A stretch of 34,746 bases of DNA from an uncultured bacterium (GTDB taxonomy: Bacteria > Desulfobacterota > Deferrimicrobia > J040): positions 1 to 34,746 of the forward strand of contig CAZPLX010000001.1 in assembly GCA_964587345.1 (NCBI GenBank), given 5' to 3'. The translations under genes were made by a program, and so were the position numbers. The first letter of the stretch is position 1. Each line of letters opens with the position of its first letter. Positions 31,299-34,746 of the stretch are shown here, piece by piece. The notes under the pieces were generated by a model, which was not told the origin of the DNA, ran no database searches, and saw only the letters and a program-made list of their open reading frames with translations.

Positions 31299-31355
31299 TT
31301 TCTCCTTTACCTCACATGAGAACTGTGTTAAAAGCGAGTAACACCGGGGGCATAT

Positions 31356-32135
31356 ATGCGTGTGATCAGCGTGGCCAATCAAAAAGGAGGGGTGGGGAAA
31401 ACTTCTACGGCAGTCAATCTTGCTGCGTCCCTCGCGGTGATGGAAAAAAAGGTGCTTCTCGTGGACCTTGATCCTCAGGGAAACGCAACTTCCTATCTTG
31501 GAATTGAGCAGGATCAGAGTGAAGAGCACAATATATATTATTCCCTCATAGGTTCCAAGGAACTTTACACTCTCCCTCTTAAGAGCAAGGTTCCCAACCT
31601 TAGCATTGTTCCCGCAGGTCCCGACCTTGCGGGGGCAGAAGTAGAACTTGTTGATATGAGGAGGCGGGAAAGCTGTTTGAGGCGAGCACTGTACCGATAT
31701 CGCCTTGATTTTGATCCCATAATCATTGATTGTCCTCCTTCCCTCGGCCTCTTGACTGTCAATGCCCTGACGGCATCTGATGCGGTAATAGTTCCCCTGC
31801 AGTGCGAATACCTGGCAATGGAGGGCCTCGGGAGACTCCTCAATACTGTAGACCTCGTGAGGGAGTCATTGAATCCATCTCTCTCTGTAGAGGGGATTCT
31901 TCTCACTATGTTCGACGGGAGAAATAACCTTTCCAGACAGGTGGAGGAGGAGATCAGGGGCCATCTTGGAGAAATTGTTTTTCAGACGGTGATCCCGAGA
32001 AATGTCCGGATCAGCGAAAGCCCGAGTTTCGGGAAGCCGGTTCTCATGTATGCGTATCATTCAAAAGGCGCTCTGAGATATGTAGAGTTTGCCAGGGAAC
32101 TGGTAACACGGTGGAGTGAAGGAGTGACAATATGA
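31356..32135 (+). CDS. parA: Chromosome partitioning ATPase ParA/Soj
   Basis: 259 aa with the deviant Walker A KGGVGKTSTAVNLAA and Walker B-like VLLVDLDPQGN. The stop overlaps the parB start (ATGA). Confidence 0.96.
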   Translation: MRVISVANQKGGVGKTSTAVNLAASLAVMEKKVLLVDLDPQGNATSYLGIEQDQSEEHNIYYSLIGSKELYTLPLKSKVPNLSIVPAGPDLAGAEVELVDMRRRESCLRRALYRYRLDFDPIIIDCPPSLGLLTVNALTASDAVIVPLQCEYLAMEGLGRLLNTVDLVRESLNPSLSVEGILLTMFDGRNNLSRQVEEEIRGHLGEIVFQTVIPRNVRISESPSFGKPVLMYAYHSKGALRYVEFARELVTRWSEGVTI

Positions 32136-32974
32136 AAAGAAAAGTTCTCGGAAAAGGTCTGGAAGCGCTTATCCCCCGAGGGGAGGAAAAGCAAAGAGGA
32201 GGGGAAGAGATTCCTCTCAATCAAATCAGGGAGAATTCTTTGCAACCACGAAAAGATTTTGATCCCGAAAGTCTCAAGGAACTCGAGCAGTCGATAAGGG
32301 AAAAAGGGGTTATCCAGCCTATTGTTGTGAGAAAGGTGGCAACAGGGTATGAACTCATTGCAGGGGAGAGAAGGCTTCGCGCTGCCCGTCTTGCAGGCCT
32401 AGAACAGATTCCCGCAGTGGTGAGGAATAGTTCCGAAATGGAGGCTCTCGAACTTGCCCTTATAGAAAATGTCCAAAGAGAGGATCTCAATCCGATGGAA
32501 ATTGCCGAAGCCTATTCTACCCTTGCCAAAGAGTATGGTTTTTCTCAGGAAGAGATTGCACAAAAGGTGGGGAAAGATCGATCAACTGTCGCGAATTTCA
32601 TACGACTCCTCCGCCTTCCAGGAAAAGTGACAAAAGCCATCCGGGAGGAAAAAATTTCTCCGGGACATGCAAAAGTTCTTCTGGGGATGAAAAATGCAGA
32701 GGCAATGGAAAGGGTGTTCAGTTCCATGATGGAGAAGGAAATATCTGTAAGAGACGCAGAAAAATTATCGAGATCAATTATTAATAGAAGGAAAAAATCA
32801 TCTAAATCGAGAAAGTTAAATTATAATAATGAATTCCAAAATCTTCTCGATTCCCTTGAAAGAAAGCTGGGAAGCAGAGTGAAAATCAGGGGAACTGATG
32901 CGAGAGGAGTTATCGAAATTTCTTATGGGAGTCCCGGTGAACTGGAAGGCATTATTCGGAGGATTAAAGGGTGA
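32132..32974 (+). CDS. parB: Chromosome partitioning protein ParB/Spo0J
   Basis: 280 aa with N-terminal LGKGLEALIP, the ParB box II arginine patch GERRLRAARLAG and an HTH (QEEIAQKVGKDRSTVANFIRLL). Confidence 0.96.
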   Translation: MKRKVLGKGLEALIPRGEEKQRGGEEIPLNQIRENSLQPRKDFDPESLKELEQSIREKGVIQPIVVRKVATGYELIAGERRLRAARLAGLEQIPAVVRNSSEMEALELALIENVQREDLNPMEIAEAYSTLAKEYGFSQEEIAQKVGKDRSTVANFIRLLRLPGKVTKAIREEKISPGHAKVLLGMKNAEAMERVFSSMMEKEISVRDAEKLSRSIINRRKKSSKSRKLNYNNEFQNLLDSLERKLGSRVKIRGTDARGVIEISYGSPGELEGIIRRIKG

Positions 32975-33336
32975 AAAAGGAGATTACACATTTTGATTCG
33001 GATATTGATGCCTTTATCGGGGAGGGGACCTTATTCGAGGGGACTTTTGCATTTACAGGTGTCGTACGCATTGACGGAATGGTGAAGGGAGAGGTTCGCT
33101 GTGACGGAACCCTCATTGTAGGGGAGACAGGAAAAATCTGGGCGACAGTGGAAACAAGAAAGGGAGTGATCAGGGGAAGAATAGAGGGAAAAATTTTCGC
33201 AACTGAAAGACTGGAGTTGAAGTATCCCTGTGTGGTGGAAGGCAATGTGACTGCGCGCGATTTAATCGTTGAGAGCGGAGTGATCATCACGGGGAGAGTA
33301 AAGAGTGGTCAAGAGGTTGAACCAATGGATTCGTAG
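32971..33336 (+). CDS. Bactofilin-family cytoskeletal (polymer-forming) protein
   Basis: 121 aa. A repetitive beta-helix-type pattern of G-x-hydrophobic turns (FEGTFAFTGVVRIDGMVKGEVRCDGTLIVGETGKIWATVE...IRGRIEGKIFA...VEGNVTARDLIVESGVIITGRV) is typical of the DUF583/bactofilin core. The GTG start overlaps the parB stop (GTGA). Confidence 0.8.
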   Translation: MKKEITHFDSDIDAFIGEGTLFEGTFAFTGVVRIDGMVKGEVRCDGTLIVGETGKIWATVETRKGVIRGRIEGKIFATERLELKYPCVVEGNVTARDLIVESGVIITGRVKSGQEVEPMDS

Positions 33337-33441
33337 AGAAACTCTCACCTCTCCATAAAGGGAGGGATATCCAGTGCCTGGCTCATGGACCTTTAGGGAT
33401 GTGAAGAGGGGAAGGGGCTGGATAATACAGAATTTTTCCCC

Positions 33442-33471
33442 TTGACAAGGATGTAAATGATATGGTATCGA
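33442..33471 (+). promoter_or_regulatory. Candidate sigma70-type promoter (extended -10) for atpF'-atpF-atpH
   Basis: TTGACA (33442-33447), an 18-nt spacer ending in TGG, then TATCGA (33466-33471). It lies about 55-65 nt upstream of the atpF' start region. Confidence 0.4.
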
Positions 33472-33524
33472 TTTCCCGTTTTGTTTTGTGTTATCTCCTT
33501 GTATTATCCCATTAAAAGGAGAGA

Positions 33525-33986
33525 GTGAAAGTGGAGATGATCACTAAAATTCTGGAGGTTCTGGAGATAAACTCCCTGGTTTTTCTCCAGATGGCAATTG
33601 TACTCCTCCTCACCTATATCTCGGGAAAATACCTTATCCGACCTGTACTGCGCACTTTGAAGGAACGGGAAAACAGGACAACCGTACCCATGGAAGAGGC
33701 GAAGGAGATAGTGGAGAAGGCTGAAACCCTTGCAATAAAGTACAGTGACCGTCTCCGGGAAGCGAACAGGGAATCACTGAACAGGAAGAGGAAACGGCTC
33801 GATGAGGTACAGCGAAGTGAACGCAGGGTGATAGAAGGATCACACCATGAGGCGGAAGAGAAGATTAATGGTATGAAGGAAAAGATTGAAAGGGAAAAAG
33901 ATGAGGCTCTCAAGATGCTCACACAACAGTCCCGGGAAATTGCAAATGAGATTGCCGAAACAATTCTCGGAAGGAGTCTCTCGTGA
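33525..33986 (+). CDS. atpF2: F0F1 ATP synthase subunit b' (second b-type stalk subunit)
   Basis: About 150 aa with a single N-terminal TM helix (LVFLQMAIVLLLTYISGKYL) followed by a long charged helical region. The start is ambiguous among GTG 33525, GTG 33531 and ATG 33537 after AGGAG at 33517-33521; 33531 has the best spacing. Confidence 0.8.
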   Translation: MKVEMITKILEVLEINSLVFLQMAIVLLLTYISGKYLIRPVLRTLKERENRTTVPMEEAKEIVEKAETLAIKYSDRLREANRESLNRKRKRLDEVQRSERRVIEGSHHEAEEKINGMKEKIEREKDEALKMLTQQSREIANEIAETILGRSLS

Positions 33987-34555
33987 AACACATTCTTGCT
34001 CTCCTCTTCCTTCTTGTGACAATGGGAACAGAACTATTTGCCGAGACTCACGGTTCGCCCCACGGAGGAGGTTTCCCGTGGGAGGAAATAGTCAAGCAGG
34101 CGATAAACTTCGGTATCCTGGTTGCTGCGCTGGTCTTTTTTCTTCGAAAGCCGCTGAGCAAATTCCTCAAGGAAAGAAGGGAACTGCTCATTCAATCCAT
34201 GGAAGAGGCGAAGCGGGCAAACGAAGAGGCGAAGGAGAAACTTGCGGGAGTCGAGGAAAAACTCAGCGCCATCGAAGGTGAGATTGGTAAGATCAATGAA
34301 TCGATGGACAAGGAGATAGAAAGTGAGATTGGGCGGATCAAGGATCTCACGTCTGGCGAAATAGAGAGGATAAAAGAACAGGCATCCTTTGCCGCAGAGC
34401 AAGAACTGAAAATTGCCAGACAGGAACTCAGGCAAGAAGCCGCGGATCTTTCAGTAGAGACTGCAAAGGAGATCATCGCGCGCAGCGTTGATAGTGAGGA
34501 TCAGAAAAGGTTTGTGAGGGAAAGTGTGGAAAAATTGAAAGAGAGTGATAGATGA
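33983..34555 (+). CDS. atpF: F0F1 ATP synthase subunit b
   Basis: 190 aa with a signal-like N-terminus (MKHILALLFLLVTMGTELFA), then a TM helix (AINFGILVAALVFFL) and a long charged coiled-coil-like helix. The GTG start overlaps the b' stop (GTGA). The stop overlaps the atpH ATG (ATGA). Confidence 0.85.
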   Translation: MKHILALLFLLVTMGTELFAETHGSPHGGGFPWEEIVKQAINFGILVAALVFFLRKPLSKFLKERRELLIQSMEEAKRANEEAKEKLAGVEEKLSAIEGEIGKINESMDKEIESEIGRIKDLTSGEIERIKEQASFAAEQELKIARQELRQEAADLSVETAKEIIARSVDSEDQKRFVRESVEKLKESDR

Positions 34556-34746
34556 TCGTCGGCGGTGTTGCAAAGAGATATGCACAGGCGATCTTTGAAT
34601 TGGGCCTGGAAGGGGGAACCTATCGGGACCTTCTCTCGGAGTTCACAGATTTCTGTAATTATCTCGATGAAAAAGGGGAAATAAAAGAGATTCTAGAATC
34701 CTCCATTTACAACGTCCAGGAAAAAAGAGGAGTTCTCGATGCCTTG
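34552..34746 (+). CDS. atpH: F0F1 ATP synthase subunit delta (OSCP), 5' fragment truncated by the window edge
   Basis: Hand-translated MIVGGVAKRYAQAIFELGLEGGTYRDLLSEFTDF... The AKRYAxAxFELA-type N-terminus is typical of delta/OSCP. It sits directly after atpF and remains open to the end of the window. Confidence 0.85.
   Translation, partial: MIVGGVAKRYAQAIFELGLEGGTYRDLLSEFTDFCNYLDEKGEIKEILESSIYNVQEKRGVLDAL

Noticed and set aside
33337-33441. A search for an intrinsic terminator after the bactofilin gene (CCTCTCC...GGGAGGG and GGGG...CCCC pairings).
   Set aside because: The candidate stems need mismatches or G-U pairs, or have very long loops, and none is followed by a clean T-run. No supportable terminator call can be made.

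Overview
This window is the chromosomal replication-origin neighbourhood of a diderm (Gram-negative-type) bacterium. It is densely packed with housekeeping genes. All 18 CDS left of about 24.25 kb are on the minus strand: atpE-atpB-atpI-atpZ, uvrA, pdxA, two SurA/PpiC-like chaperones, mfd, nadA, gpsA, an unassignable 523-aa ORF, a BamD/YbgF-like TPR lipoprotein, gyrA, gyrB, recF, dnaN and dnaA. All 13 CDS right of about 24.64 kb are on the plus strand: rpmH (missing from the ORF track because it is only 50 aa), rnpA, yidD, yidC, mnmE, mnmG, rsmG, parA, parB, a bactofilin, atpF', atpF and the 5' part of atpH. Consensus DnaA boxes lie on both sides of dnaA. An AT-rich, DnaA-trio-like stretch abuts dnaN. 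Two identical perfect-palindrome parS sites bracket mnmG-rsmG. I see no tRNA or rRNA genes, CRISPR arrays, transposases, integrases, phage genes, toxin-antitoxin pairs or recognisable defence genes. I therefore find no convincing novel multi-gene system. The points most worth a second look are the origin architecture (two DnaA-box modules), the parS/parAB/bactofilin unit, the 523-aa orphan ORF translationally coupled inside the gyrBA-downstream gene train, and the split atp operon whose c and b subunits carry signal-peptide-like N-termini. All protein assignments rest on motifs read by eye from the translations. No database search was run.
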